64,000 nt of DNA. It comes from an uncultured delta proteobacterium (GTDB lineage: Bacteria; Myxococcota_A; UBA9160; SMWR01). Under the pieces are notes generated by a model. The model saw only the letters and a program-made list of their open reading frames with translations. It searched no databases and was not told the origin of the DNA. The position numbers and the translations under genes are program-made. Each line of letters begins with the position of its first letter. The stretch's first letter is position 1. Below, in pieces: positions 10,063 to 21,020 of the stretch. The stretch spans positions 1 through 64,000 of the forward strand of contig CAWHTE010000005.1 of assembly GCA_963832165.1 (NCBI GenBank), written 5' to 3'.

Positions 10063-10536
10063 ATGCGCGAGCACCGCTACCACATCGACATGCCCCACTC
10101 CGCGCAGCGGATCTGGGCGCTCATGCAGGACTACGATCGCTGGACGAGCTATGCGCCGATGGTGGTCGAGGTGCAGGTGCTGTTTCCGGGCGACACGCGG
10201 GGCAACGGACTGTTGCGCCGCGTGATCTACCAGATGCCGTTCGGCCGGCGCGGCGCCGCGCTCGAGCTCGTCTGCGAGGTCGAGCCGGCGCGCGGCTACA
10301 CCTACACGATGATCGGTCGCGATCCCGGCAACGATCAGACCGGCCGCGTCCGGCTCGAGCCGCAAGCGGGCGGCACGCGGCTGCACTTCGAAGAGCGCTA
10401 CCACCTCACGCGCGCGCCCTGGAAGTGGTTCGAGGGTCCGATCTACCGCTTCATCAACAAGAAGAACGAGCAGTCGATGCGCGCGCTCTCCGATTGGCTC
10501 TCGGCGCATCCCGAATACCGCGCCGATCTCGCTTGA
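10063..10536 (+). CDS. SRPBCC / polyketide cyclase-like family protein
   Basis: GGAGG RBS; 157 aa; SAQRIWALMQDYDRWTSYAP motif and C-terminal amphipathic helix. Confidence 0.8.
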   Translation: MREHRYHIDMPHSAQRIWALMQDYDRWTSYAPMVVEVQVLFPGDTRGNGLLRRVIYQMPFGRRGAALELVCEVEPARGYTYTMIGRDPGNDQTGRVRLEPQAGGTRLHFEERYHLTRAPWKWFEGPIYRFINKKNEQSMRALSDWLSAHPEYRADLA

Positions 10537-10565
10537 ATCACCCGGCGACGCGGATCATCGCCGCC

Positions 10566-11411
10566 TCAGCAGATCGTGGCGTAGTCCTTCGGAGCGCGAT
10601 GGAACCGCCACCCGTCGCGTGTCCGCTCCAGGAGAGCCGTCCTCTCTCCGACTCGAACCAGGTAGTAGGTCGCACCGCCGAGAGCGAACCGGCTCAGCAG
10701 GTCGATCTCCGACCGCGCCCAGTCGCTGTCTTCCTGACTCAGCACCAGCTTGGGCCCCTGATAGAGCCAGCTCGCTCCCCACTGAAATCGCTCGCCGTTC
10801 TCGCACTGCACGTTGATGAGTTCGTCGTAGCGCCGGACCACGCATCCGCTCCGCGGAATGTTCCGACGGGTCTCTCCCGTGACCCACTGGTCACCGCCGC
10901 TCGAGTACTCCCACTCGAGGTCGAAGCCGCGCCCGACGCCTGCCCGACGCCACCGCCACCGGTTCCCCGGCGAATTCGCAGCCGCCTGGAACTCGCTGGA
11001 AACCCATCCGTCGATCACGCGCACCGGATCCTCGCGCGTGGCTTCGAGCGCGATGGGCCGAAGCCCTTCGACGGAATGCTCCCCCGCGATCGCGATCGCG
11101 GGCAACGCGGCCGCGCTCTCGAGCACGTACACGCCCACCTTGTGGCATTCGCGGCCTTCGGGGTCCCCTTCGCCGCACAGGTCCGCGCAGCGATCCTCCA
11201 CGCGCGCGAGCCTGGCCTTCGACCACCGATTCGATCCGACGATCGTGACGTTCGGGGGCGCCCCTCCTTCCGGCAGGCTCTGATCGCCGAAATCGACGAC
11301 CGCTTCGAGGGCCTGTACGTACTCGACGTCGTAGACGACCCGCGCCGGACTCGCGCTCGCGGCGAGCGCGACGCTCGCGGTCATCCCGATTGCGGCGCAT
11401 CGCCAGCGCAT
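10566..11411 (-). CDS. Hypothetical exported protein
   Basis: Signal-peptide-like N-terminus MRWRCAAIGMTASVALAASA; plausible amino acid composition; TATCAT 6 nt upstream of the ATG. Confidence 0.55.
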   Translation of the reverse strand: MRWRCAAIGMTASVALAASASPARVVYDVEYVQALEAVVDFGDQSLPEGGAPPNVTIVGSNRWSKARLARVEDRCADLCGEGDPEGRECHKVGVYVLESAAALPAIAIAGEHSVEGLRPIALEATREDPVRVIDGWVSSEFQAAANSPGNRWRWRRAGVGRGFDLEWEYSSGGDQWVTGETRRNIPRSGCVVRRYDELINVQCENGERFQWGASWLYQGPKLVLSQEDSDWARSEIDLLSRFALGGATYYLVRVGERTALLERTRDGWRFHRAPKDYATIC

Positions 11412-11448
11412 GTGCCGATGATACACCCCGCCAGGAGCGACTAACGCC

Positions 11449-11781
11449 TCATGCCTGATCGTAGAGCTTGAGTGCCAGCGTCCCGTGCGCGGCCGCCCCA
11501 CCCGCGCGCAGCGCCGCGGCCAGGAACGCCGTCTCTACGATCTCTTCGCGCGTCGCACCCGCCTTCTTCGCGCCCTTCACATGCGCTTCGATGCAGTACA
11601 CGCACTGCGTGGTGTGCGCGACCGCGAGCGCGATCAGCTCGCGGTATTTGCGCGGAATGCTCCCGTCTTCGCGCCCGACGATCCGGTCGAGGTTCACCCA
11701 CGCTTCGTACTCCGCGGGTGCGAGCTTCCGCATGTCCTTGAACAGCTTCAGATCGTCGGGATCGTGGTAGTGGCTGGTCAT
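11449..11781 (-). CDS. Carboxymuconolactone decarboxylase / AhpD family protein
   Basis: KYRELIALAVAHTTQCVYCIEAH (CxxC) and GATREEI motifs; GGAGG RBS. Confidence 0.9.
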   Translation of the reverse strand: MTSHYHDPDDLKLFKDMRKLAPAEYEAWVNLDRIVGREDGSIPRKYRELIALAVAHTTQCVYCIEAHVKGAKKAGATREEIVETAFLAAALRAGGAAAHGTLALKLYDQA

Positions 11782-12023
11782 GGATGCCTCCGTCCGCAGG
11801 GTCTGTTCGTTTGACTGGTCGTCAGCTGCGTCTCGCGTACGGCGTACTGCGAAGATTCCTCGACGATCGCAGAGAGTCGCCCACTCGATCGGTCGGCGGG
11901 TGAATAATCGCGGTGCCTCCACGGGGGAGGACCGGAGAGGTCAGTCGGCCTCACCCGGAAATTTTGTCGGTACAAAATCTCCCTCGTGGAGGCTCTTCCG
12001 CCCACGCTCAACAGAGCGGAAAT

Positions 12024-12101
12024 TGGTCGGGCCGGAGAGATTCGAACTCTCGACCCCCAGACCCCCAGTCTGGTGCGCTAACCAGGCTGCGCTACGGCCC
12101 G
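12024..12101 (-). tRNA. tRNA-Pro (GGG)
   Basis: Cloverleaf CGGGCCG...CGGCCCG-A-CCA; anticodon arm CCAGA-CTGGGGG-TCTGG; GTTCGAATC T-loop. Confidence 0.97.
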
Positions 12102-12147
12102 ACCGAGCTTGCGGGGTAGCAGGAGCAGGCATCGAACGCCACTTGCC

Positions 12148-12182
12148 GGCGGATTACGCCCCTTTGGGCTAATCCGCCCTAC
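12148..12182 (-). repeat. GTAG-family REP palindrome
   Basis: GTAG-GGCGGATTAG-CCCAAAGGGG-CGTAATCCGCC; near-identical copy at 50272-50305. Confidence 0.8.
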
Positions 12183-12196
12183 GTCGCCTGCGGTGG

Positions 12197-13873
12197 CTAC
12201 TGGAACACCACCGCCGTGCGGTGCACGTCCACGTCGATCACCTGCTCGCGCGTGGTGCCGTCGGGCATGCGCGCCTGGAACACGTGCGGGCCGGGCTCGA
12301 GCTCGATACCCGCGAGCGGCGTCTCGCCGACTTCGCGCCCGTCGATGCGGATGATCGCCCAGGGAGTTGCGTTGACCGACACGGCGACGCGCGCGGGCGC
12401 CAGCGACGCCACTGTGGGCGCGGGCGGCGCCGGCGCGGCCTCCCGGCGCGCTGCATTCGGCTTCGGCGCCACGCGCTTCGGCGCGGGCTTTGCGACCTGC
12501 TTGGGCGCGGGTGCCGTCGCTGCGGGCGGCGCCGGCGTCGGCGCGAGCAGATAGGGCTCGGGTCGCTGGCGTCCCATCATCCACATCATCGAGATCGCGA
12601 CGCCGAGCGCGAAGCCGGTCACGCCGATCAGGCGGATCGGCAGCCGCGGCGTCTCCTCGGGCTTGGGCGGCAAGCCCGAGTACATCGACGGGCGCGGCAC
12701 GTCGCTGCGCCGCTGGGCCGCGGATGCGGCCGGCGCCGCCGGCACTCCCGGTGTCGCCACGAGCACCGTCTCGGGACCCGGGCCGCGGCGCCGCATGCTC
12801 TCGGGGGCGATGCCCCGCGACGTCGCCTTGTGCGCGGCGCGCTCCTCCTCCGGCTTGATCGGCGGGCGATGGAACTCGGGCAGCAGGATTCCGCGATCTT
12901 CGTCGTCGTCGGGCGGCAGCGGTGTCTTCGGGGCGGGCCGCACCGGCGCGGCCGCGGCGCGCACGGGCTCGGGCACCGCGATGGGCTCCGCCGCAGGCGG
13001 CGCGGGTTTCGCAGGCGCGGGCGGCGGCACTGCGTGCACGAGCGGCGGCACCGCGCGCACGAGCGTCGACGGGGGTGCAGGTTCGGGTTCGGGCACGGGT
13101 GCGGCCGCGGGCGGTTCGGGAGCCGCGGGCAGCGCGCGCTCCGCGATCCTGCGCAGGCGCGGCAGCGTGGTGCGCGTCGTTCGACGCACGATGTCTTCGG
13201 CGGCCTGGTTCAGGCGCCGCGGAATTCCCTGCGACGCGCGGTGAAGCCGGTCGATCGTCGCATCGTCGAACTCCGCCACGAGCTCGGGACGCGCGCCACC
13301 GTAGGCGAGCCGCGTCTCGACATAACGCCGCGCCTCGCGCCCGCTCATGCCGCCCGAGAGCAGCACCACGTCGATCGCCGAGCCGAACGCGTGGAACACA
13401 CGCTGCGCGGCGGCGCCCTGCACGGCCGCGAGCGCGAGCCGGAGCGCACCCCCGAGCTCCTGGTAGAGCGCGGCGAGCTCGCGCGCGCACGTGTCGGATA
13501 GCGCGTTCGCATCGTCGATCAGGATCACGAGCCCGCCGCGCGGCGCGAGCTCGAGCGCCGCCGCGCGCAGGACCTCGCGCGGGGGACCCGAGCGCGCGAC
13601 GCCGATCTCGGCGAGCACGAGCGCGCACAGCTCATCGATCTCGACCTTCGAGAACGCCACGTACGCGACGCGCGCGCGCTCCTCCTCCCGCCCGCCGATC
13701 AGGCGCAGCAGGAGCGTCTTGCCGTACCCGGGCGGACCCATCACCGCAGCGACGCGGCTCTGATCGAGCGATCGCTCGAGGATCGCTCGCGCTCGCTCGC
13801 TCGCCTCGCACGCCACGTAGGCGCCCGGATTCGCCGACGGGCCGAACGGATCGAGCGCGTAGGGGGCGCTCAT
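12197..13873 (-). CDS. ExeA/GspA-like AAA+ ATPase with Pro-rich linker, TM helix and C-terminal PEGA domain
   Basis: N-terminal YALDPFG; Walker A GPPGYGKT; Walker B ILIDDA; ASQGIPRRLN; PEGA motif VNATPWAIIRIDGREVGETPL. Confidence 0.85.
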   Translation of the reverse strand: MSAPYALDPFGPSANPGAYVACEASERARAILERSLDQSRVAAVMGPPGYGKTLLLRLIGGREEERARVAYVAFSKVEIDELCALVLAEIGVARSGPPREVLRAAALELAPRGGLVILIDDANALSDTCARELAALYQELGGALRLALAAVQGAAAQRVFHAFGSAIDVVLLSGGMSGREARRYVETRLAYGGARPELVAEFDDATIDRLHRASQGIPRRLNQAAEDIVRRTTRTTLPRLRRIAERALPAAPEPPAAAPVPEPEPAPPSTLVRAVPPLVHAVPPPAPAKPAPPAAEPIAVPEPVRAAAAPVRPAPKTPLPPDDDEDRGILLPEFHRPPIKPEEERAAHKATSRGIAPESMRRRGPGPETVLVATPGVPAAPAASAAQRRSDVPRPSMYSGLPPKPEETPRLPIRLIGVTGFALGVAISMMWMMGRQRPEPYLLAPTPAPPAATAPAPKQVAKPAPKRVAPKPNAARREAAPAPPAPTVASLAPARVAVSVNATPWAIIRIDGREVGETPLAGIELEPGPHVFQARMPDGTTREQVIDVDVHRTAVVFQ

Positions 13874-14808
13874 GGCTTGGTCGGCTCTGCGCCCGGCTTC
13901 GAATCGAGCCAACGCCAGTGGCGTGTCTCGGGATCGAGCGCGGGAAAGTCGAGCACCTGGAGCACGTGGCGCCGGCCCGGCGCGAAGTAGGCCTCGACGC
14001 GCAGCGGCGGATCGAGCTCGACCACCACGGTGCCGCGGCCTGCGGGCGCCGCGACGGGGAGTCCGCCCACCTGGCTACAGCCGACCACCATCGGCTCGGG
14101 CTTCGACACCTCGATGCGGTAGTGCACGGGCGTGTCCGCGGTATTCGGCGGCGGCAGCGTCTCCGCGATCCCGGTCGGCTCGCGCAGGCACGCGGGGGCC
14201 TGGTTCTCGCCGATCGCCACCACGTCGAGGCGGGCGCCGCCCGCGGTCAGCTTCGCTGCGGCGGCGCACACGTCACCGCCACACGCAGGCACGAGATCCG
14301 TGAACACTACGACGCGGCTGCCCATGAGCGCGTCGGCGCGCCAGAGCTCGTCGCGCACGCCTTCGAGCGCGGCGGCGAGCGAGCCCTCCCCCTGCGGCAG
14401 CACCGCGAGGATCTCGTCGACGACCGGACCGCGTCCGGCCGCGCTCGCGGAACGCGTACCGCGGAACACGGGCTGGCAATCCGGCATGTCGCCCGAGCCG
14501 ACCGCGTAGAGCCAGATCCCGCGCTGCGACGGAAGTTCATTCGCGAAGCGCGCTGCCGCGCGTTGCGCGGCCACGAAGTGGTTCGCGCCCTGGCGGGTCG
14601 GCGTGAGCATCGAGCGCGTCGCGTCGAGGACCATCACGACCGGCGCGCTGCTCTCGCGCGGCTTGACGTCCTCGGCTGAGAAGCCGTGCAGCACCTCGAC
14701 CGACACCCGCGCGAACTCGCCCGTCGCCGTCGGCGCGGGCGTCGGCTCGCTCGCGCACGCGAGCGCGAGCGCGGCGGCGATCCCGGTGGCGAGCGGTCGC
14801 GCGCTCAC
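13870..14808 (-). CDS. VWA-domain lipoprotein
   Basis: GTG start overlaps the upstream stop; lipobox-like LALAC; VVMVLDATRSM (MIDAS-like), VVVFTD, LDVVAIG. Confidence 0.75.
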   Translation of the reverse strand: MSARPLATGIAAALALACASEPTPAPTATGEFARVSVEVLHGFSAEDVKPRESSAPVVMVLDATRSMLTPTRQGANHFVAAQRAAARFANELPSQRGIWLYAVGSGDMPDCQPVFRGTRSASAAGRGPVVDEILAVLPQGEGSLAAALEGVRDELWRADALMGSRVVVFTDLVPACGGDVCAAAAKLTAGGARLDVVAIGENQAPACLREPTGIAETLPPPNTADTPVHYRIEVSKPEPMVVGCSQVGGLPVAAPAGRGTVVVELDPPLRVEAYFAPGRRHVLQVLDFPALDPETRHWRWLDSKPGAEPTKP

Positions 14809-15567
14809 TGCGCATTCTCCGCGCGCGCGGCGTCGAGCGCGCGCAGCACCTTCGGCGGCGTCGAAGTGGGGTCGAGTGTGAGCGCCGGATCGGCCGCGAG
14901 CGCACGCTTCAAGCTGGCGTCGGCCTTGTCGACGTGGCCCAGCGCGAGCTCGGCCGTGGCCACGAGCACCTCGGCCTGCGCGATCAGGCTCGTGCGCGTC
15001 CCGCCGCGCGGCGCCTTCTCGAGCCTCGCGCGCAGATCTGGCGCGCGCGCGAGCGCCTGCTCGAACTGCGCGTTGCGCACGATGTCCTCGAGCTGCTCCG
15101 ACTGCGCCGCGCAGCTCGCGGAACTCGGTCTGGTTGCGCGCCTCCCGGTTCGCGGTGCCCGGGTCGGTGGCGACACCGAGCGGCGTGTCGAGCGTCGCAA
15201 AGGCATCCTTCGCGCGCGCCTCGGCGGGCGGTCGATCGACGAGCTCGGGCCGGTGCACGCGCACCGCCAGCGCGCGCATCACGCCCGCGAGCGCCGCATC
15301 GTTGGCGGGATCGATGCAGAGGACCCGCCGCCACATCTGGCGCGCGCGCAGCGGATCATCGATCTCGACGCGCTTCGCCCACTGCGTGAGCTCCTTCACG
15401 CGCAGCTCAGCCCACTCCGCGCGCACGGGGTCGGGATCGGCGAGCGCGGGCAACGGCTGGGGCTCGTCGGGCCACGAATCGCAGTTGGAGGCCGCGCGCG
15501 CGTCTCCGGCGCCGAGACCCGCGATCAACGCTCCCGCGACCAGCGCGCGCACGATGCTCGAACGCAT
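14805..15567 (-). CDS. Exported TPR-like helical protein (frameshift near 15110)
   Basis: Signal peptide; WRRVLCIDPAND and LKRALAADP TPR-like ends; split across two ORFs by one indel. Confidence 0.65.
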
Positions 15568-15575
15568 CGCAGCGC

Positions 15576-15962
15576 TCAGAGCTGGGCGCGGATGCGGGTG
15601 AGCTCGTCGCGAATCTTGCGATAGCGCGCGCGGTGGTCGGTCTCGAAGCTGAGGCCGCCCGTCTCGAGCGCAGTGCCGACCCCCATCTCCCGGAGCTTCT
15701 TGCGCGCGCCCGCAATCGTGTAGCGCTGCCCGTACAGGAGCTTCTTGATCAACAGGATCATCTCGATGTCGCGCCGCCGGTACAGGCGCTGCTTCGAGCG
15801 CGACTTCTGCGGCGCCATCCAGCGGAACTCGGATTCCCAGTAGCGGAGCACGTACGCTTTCACGCCCGTGATCTTGCTGACTTCTCCGATCCGGTAGTAG
15901 CGGCGGTCCGGAATCGTGCCGTCGCCCGGGGTCTCGTCGGCTACTTCGGCCTCGTTCTCCAT
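15576..15962 (-). CDS. MerR-family HTH regulator (ihfA-linked type)
   Basis: IPDRRYYRIGEVS...VLRYWESEF...RLYRRRDI; conserved position after ihfA. Confidence 0.92.
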   Translation of the reverse strand: MENEAEVADETPGDGTIPDRRYYRIGEVSKITGVKAYVLRYWESEFRWMAPQKSRSKQRLYRRRDIEMILLIKKLLYGQRYTIAGARKKLREMGVGTALETGGLSFETDHRARYRKIRDELTRIRAQL

Positions 15963-15984
15963 GGCCACCTCTGCCGTCGGCCGA

Positions 15985-16314
15985 TCAGGCCTCGCTGTTG
16001 GCGAGCCGCGCCTGCTCCGCCTCGGCCGCGCTGACCGGGCGATCGTTGAGCATGTTCTTGAGCACGAGGCTCGGCTTGAACGTGAGCACCTTGCGCGCAT
16101 CGAGCAGGATCTCCTGCCCGGTCTGGGGATTGCGGCCCTTGCGCGAGTTCTTGTCCCGCACGACGAAGTTACCGAAGCCTGAAATCTTCACCTTCTCGCC
16201 GTCGGCGAGCGTCTCCTTGATCGCATCGAAAACCTTTTCCACGAGCTCGGCGGATTCCTTCTTCGAGAATCCCACCAGCTCGTAGATCTGTTCGACGATG
16301 TCGGCCTTCGTCAT
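15985..16314 (-). CDS. ihfA: Integration host factor subunit alpha
   Basis: MTKADIVE...VKISGFGNF...GRNPQTG...TFKPS; directly downstream of pheT. Confidence 0.93.
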   Translation of the reverse strand: MTKADIVEQIYELVGFSKKESAELVEKVFDAIKETLADGEKVKISGFGNFVVRDKNSRKGRNPQTGQEILLDARKVLTFKPSLVLKNMLNDRPVSAAEAEQARLANSEA

Positions 16315-16337
16315 GGCCCTGACCTCCTGCATCGGGG

Positions 16338-18766
16338 CTAACGGAGCTCGGCTCCGAATCGAGAACCGAGCGCTGCGACGATCCGGTCCATCACGCGATT
16401 GACTTCGACATCGGTGAGCGTGCGATCCGCGCGCTGAAACACCAAGCGAAATGCCAGACTTACGCGATGTTCCGGAATGCCACGACCCTCGTAGCGATCG
16501 AAGATCTCGACGGAGACGAGATCCGGCCCCCCGACTTTCCGGATCTCTTCCTGCAGCGCTCCAGCCGGCTGCGTGCGCTCGACGAGCACGGCCAGATCGC
16601 GGCGTACCGACGGCTCCCTGGATACCTCCCGAAACTCGAATTCTCGTTTCTTTACGGCAAGTAGCGCAGAGAGATTCAGCTCGAACATCGCGCACGCGGG
16701 CTCGATTCCGAAATCGGCGCTCACGTTCGGATGAACCTCCCCGACGTTCCCTACGCCCTGATCGCCCACCCAGATCGACAGCGATGCGCCCGGGTGGAGG
16801 TAGGGCGCCGTGACTCCGCTTCGCAACGATGCCACATAACCCAGCCCAGACAAAGCCTTTTCAGCGATGCCCTTGGCCCGGAAGAAGACGGGGGCCCTCT
16901 CGCGGCCGGCCCAGAGCTCGGATTCACGCCCCTCGGTGATCACGGCACACGCCCAGAGCGCCTCGCGCGGCAGCGCCTCCTGACCGCCACCCGGGGGGCG
17001 GCAGGATCCGGGCAGAACACGCCCGCCACCTCGAACAGGCCCACGGCCGGGAGCTGGCGCGAGAGGTTCTGGCGCACCAGGCGCAGGAGCGAGGGCGCGA
17101 GCAGGGTGCGCAGCAGCCGCTCGGCGTCCTGGATCGGGTTCCGCAGCCGCAGCGCGCGCCGGCGCGGGTCGTCCTCGGCGAGGCGCAGCGCGGCGACCTC
17201 GGCCTCGGAGACGAACGGGAAGCTCTCGACCTCGACCAGGCCCTCGCCCGCGAGCAGGTCGCGGGCGCGGTCCGCGATGCGATGGCGCTCCGGGATCCGC
17301 GAGGGCACGAGCTCCGCGATCGGGAGCGTGGTCGGGATCTGGTCGTAGCCCACCATGCGCGCGACCTCTTCGCTCAAGTCCTGGTGCACGGCGATGTCGT
17401 TGCGGTGGCTCGGCACGGCGCACTCGAGCACGCCCGGGCTCTTCTCCACCGCTGCGACTCCCACGCGCGCGAGCTCGCGCACCACGTCCGCGGGCGACAG
17501 CGAGAGACCGAGCAGCCGGTTGGTGCGCTCGACGCGCAGCGTGATCGGCGGCGGCACGGGTGCGACATCGCCGCGCGCTTCCACCGCGCCCGGTGCGACG
17601 GTTCCGCCCGCGAGCTCGGCGATCCGGCGCGCGGCGCGGTCGGCCGCGCGCTCGATGCCCGCGCGGTCGACCCCGCGCTCGAAGCGATACGACGCCTCGC
17701 TGTGGAGCCCATGCCGGCGCGCCGCGAGTCGCACCGCCGTCGGCTGGAAGTGCGCGCTCTCGATCAGCAGGTCGGTGGTCGCTTCGGACACCTCGCTGTC
17801 GGCGCCGCCCATCACGCCCGCGATCGCCACCGCGCGCTCGGCATCCGCGATCACGAGATCGGCGGGATCGAGCTTGCGCGTCTGTCCGTCGAGCGTCGCG
17901 ATCGTCTCGTCGGGCGCGGCGCGCCGCACGCGGATCTCTCCGCCCGCGACCTTCGCGAGGTCGAACGCGTGCAGCGGCTGGCCCAGCTCGAGCATCACCG
18001 CGTTGGTCGCGTCGACCACGTTGTTGATCGAGCGGAAGCCCGCGGCCTCGAGCCGCGCGCGCAGCGCGGCCGGCGACGCACCCACGCGCACGCCGCGCAC
18101 CACGCGGCCGACGTAGTGGAAGCAGGCGTCGCGCGCCTCGATCGAGATCGAGATCGCATCCGCCGCGGGCGCCCCCGCTTCCGCGCACTCGGTCGGCGGG
18201 ATCCGCAGCGCGCCGCCGAACAGCGCGCTCACCTCGCGCGCGACACCGATGAGCGACGCGGTATCGCCGCGATTCGGCGTGATCCCGAGCTCGAGCACGC
18301 GCTCGCCCACGTCGGCGACCTCGGGAAGCGGCGCGCCCAGGCGCGCATCCGCGTCGAGCACCCAGATCCCTTCGGCCTCCTCGCCGAGCGCGAGCTCGCG
18401 CCGCGAGCAGATCATCCCTTCCGACTCCACGCCGCGCAGCTTCGATTTCTTGATCCGGGTGCCGTCGGGAAGGTCTGTACCCGGGAGCGCCACCGCCACC
18501 TTCTGCCCCGCCGCGACATTCGGGGCGCCGCACACGATCGTGCGCAGCGCGCCGTCGCCGACGTCGATGCGGCACACCGACAGCCGGTCGGCGTTCGGGT
18601 GGCGGGCGCACTCGACCACGAGGCCGACCGTGATCGACGAGAGATCGGGCCCCGTGGCCTCGACCATCACGTCCTCGAAGCCGCCGTCCATCGCGAGGCG
18701 ATCCGCGAGCGCGCGATCGCCCGGCAGGTCGACGAACTCGGCCAGCCACGAAAGCGGCAGACGCAT
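16338..18766 (-). CDS. pheT: Phenylalanine--tRNA ligase beta subunit (frameshift near 16985)
   Basis: MRLPLSWL, HPNADRL, IVCGAPN, ITPNRGD, SYRFERGVD; C-terminal FDX-ACB domain in the second frame. Confidence 0.95.
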
Positions 18767-19788
18767 CAGATCTGCCCCAGCACGCGCAGGTCGCCCTCGA
18801 ACAGGTGGCGCAGGTGCGGGATCCCGAAGCGTCGCATCGCGGTGCGGTCGATCCCCATGCCGAATGCGAAACCCTGGTAGCGCTCGGAGTCGATCCGACA
18901 GCGCTCGAGCACCGCGGGGTGGATCATCCCGCAGCCGCCCCACTCCACCCAGCCGCTGTCCGAGCACACCTTGCAGCCCGCGCCGCCGCACAGCGTGCAC
19001 GAGTAGTCGAGCTCGGCCGACGGCTCCGTGAACGGAAAGTGGTTGGCGCGGAAGCGCAGCTCGACGTTCTCGCCGAACAGGTAGCGGCCGAACGTGATCA
19101 ACACGCCCTTCAGATCGCCGAACGTCACGCGCTCGTCGACGAGGAAGCCCTCGATCTGGTGGAACATCGGGCTGTGTCGCGGCGACAGATCGTGCCGGTA
19201 GACGCGCCCGGTGGCGATGAAGCGGAACGGCGGCGTGCGGCCCGTCATCGAGCGGATCTGCACGTTCGAGGTGTGCGTGCGCAGCACGTGGCCGCTCTCG
19301 AGGTAGAAGGTGTCCTGCTCGTCGCGCGCCGGGTGATCGGGCGGGATGTTGAGCGCCTCGAAGTTGTTCCAGTCCGTCTCCACCTCGGGGCCCAGCTCCA
19401 CCGAGAAGCCCAGCGACGCGAAGAACTCGACCATGTCGCGCGTGACGTGCGTGATCGGGTGCAGGTGACCCGCCGTCGGCGACGCGCCGGGCAGCGTCAC
19501 GTCGAGCGCGCGCTGCGAGAGCGCCGAATCGGTGGCGCTGCGCTCGAGCTCGGCGCGGCGCTCGTCGACCAGCGCCTCGATCCGGCGCTTGGCCTCGTTG
19601 GCGGCGGCTCCGGCTCGACCGCGCTCCGCGGGCGAGAGCTCGCCGATCCCGCGCAAGAGCTCCGAGACCTTGCCCTTGCGCCCCAGGAAGCGCGCGCGCA
19701 CCTCCGTGAGCGTCTGGCTGGATCCCGCCGACGCGACGGCGCGCTCCACCTCCGCGAGCAGCGCGTCGAGGTCGTCGCTCCCCGACAT
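18766..19788 (-). CDS. pheS: Phenylalanine--tRNA ligase alpha subunit
   Basis: NFEALNIPPDHPARD, LRTHTS, HSPMFHQIEG, FPFTEPS, GFAFGMGIDR. Confidence 0.97.
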   Translation of the reverse strand: MSGSDDLDALLAEVERAVASAGSSQTLTEVRARFLGRKGKVSELLRGIGELSPAERGRAGAAANEAKRRIEALVDERRAELERSATDSALSQRALDVTLPGASPTAGHLHPITHVTRDMVEFFASLGFSVELGPEVETDWNNFEALNIPPDHPARDEQDTFYLESGHVLRTHTSNVQIRSMTGRTPPFRFIATGRVYRHDLSPRHSPMFHQIEGFLVDERVTFGDLKGVLITFGRYLFGENVELRFRANHFPFTEPSAELDYSCTLCGGAGCKVCSDSGWVEWGGCGMIHPAVLERCRIDSERYQGFAFGMGIDRTAMRRFGIPHLRHLFEGDLRVLGQI

Positions 19789-19796
19789 CGCCGTGC

Positions 19797-20153
19797 TTAG
19801 GCGGCCTTGGACTTCGCCAGTGCGGCCAGGTCGCCGAACGCCTTCGGGTCCTTCACGGCGAGCTCGGCGAGGATCTTGCGATCGACTTCCACACCGGCGA
19901 CCTGGAGCCCGTGGATCAGTCGGCTGTACGAGATGCCGTGCTCGCGCGCGGCCGCGTTGATGCGCGCGATCCAGAGCTTCCGGAACTCGCGCTTGCGCTG
20001 CTTGCGATCGCGATAGGCGTACTTCCAGCCCTTGTGCACCGCCTCGCGCGCGGTCTTGAGCAGCCGGTGCCGGGTGCCGTAGTAGCCCTTCGCGGCCTCG
20101 AATATGCGGTTGCGCCGCTTCTTCGAACTGGTTCCGCGTTTGACTCGCGGCAT
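19797..20153 (-). CDS. rplT: 50S ribosomal protein L20
   Basis: MPRVKRG...[23 protein letters not shown]. Confidence 0.98.
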   Translation of the reverse strand: MPRVKRGTSSKKRRNRIFEAAKGYYGTRHRLLKTAREAVHKGWKYAYRDRKQRKREFRKLWIARINAAAREHGISYSRLIHGLQVAGVEVDRKILAELAVKDPKAFGDLAALAKSKAA

Positions 20154-20191
20154 CGCTTGTCTCCTTTGCCTCTTCGAACCAGAGGTGCTGA

Positions 20192-20386
20192 CTAGTTCTG
20201 CAGCATCTGCTGCAGGCGCTTGGCCTCAGCCGACGACACCAGCGCGGACTGGCGCAGCTTGCGCTTCCGCTTCGACGACTTCTTGGTGAGGATGTGCTGC
20301 TTGTTCGCCTTGCGGCGCACGAGCTTTCCCGTGCCGGTGCGCTTGAAGCGCTTCGCGGCGCCGCGATGCGATTTCATCTTGGGCAT
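20192..20386 (-). CDS. rpmI: 50S ribosomal protein L35
   Basis: [21 protein letters not shown]. Confidence 0.98.
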   Translation of the reverse strand: MPKMKSHRGAAKRFKRTGTGKLVRRKANKQHILTKKSSKRKRKLRQSALVSSAEAKRLQQMLQN

Positions 20387-20390
20387 TGGA

Positions 20391-21020
20391 TCAGGCTCCC
20401 TCCGAGCTCGCTTCGTCTGCCGGGGCGACCGCCGCTGCAGCGGCCTCCTCCTGCGCGGCGCGGAGCTCGATTTTGCGCTCCTTCTCGATCGCCTCGCGGT
20501 TCGGCGCCAGGATCATCGACAGGAAGCGCCCCTCCATGCGCGGGGGGTTCTCGACGGCCGCGATCTGGCCGATCAGCTCCACGACCCGGTCGAGCTGCTT
20601 GCGCCCGATTTCGCGATGCACCATCTCGCGTCCGCGATACATCACCGTCACCTTGACCTTGTCGCCTTCCATCAAGAAGCGCCGCGCGTTCTTGAGCTTG
20701 AAATCGAGATCGTGCTGATCCGTGCGCGGCCGCAGCTTGATCTCCTTGAGACTCGCCGCGTGCCCCTTGCTCTTGTTGGACTTCTTCTTCTGCTCGTACT
20801 TGTACCGGCCGTAGTCCATGATCCGACAGACCGGCGGCCGCGCCGCAGGCGAGACCTCGACCAGATCGAGCCCGACCTCCTCCGCGCGCGCGATCGCGGC
20901 CTCGGGGGTCATCACGCCGAGCTGCTCGCCGTCGTCGGCAATCACTCGGATCTCCGCAGCGCGAATCATCTGATTGATCCGGGGTCCGTCGTTCTTCGGA
21001 CTCTTTTTGAATTCCGCTAT
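20391..21020 (-). CDS. infC: Translation initiation factor IF-3, probable ATA start
   Basis: [39 protein letters not shown] lies 8 nt upstream of an in-frame ATA at 21020. Confidence 0.95.
   Translation of the reverse strand: MAEFKKSPKNDGPRINQMIRAAEIRVIADDGEQLGVMTPEAAIARAEEVGLDLVEVSPAARPPVCRIMDYGRYKYEQKKKSNKSKGHAASLKEIKLRPRTDQHDLDFKLKNARRFLMEGDKVKVTVMYRGREMVHREIGRKQLDRVVELIGQIAAVENPPRMEGRFLSMILAPNREAIEKERKIELRAAQEEAAAAAVAPADEASSEGA

Noticed and set aside
9480..12023. Genomic island integrated at tRNA-Pro
   Set aside because: No integrase and no duplicated tRNA 3' end seen in the window
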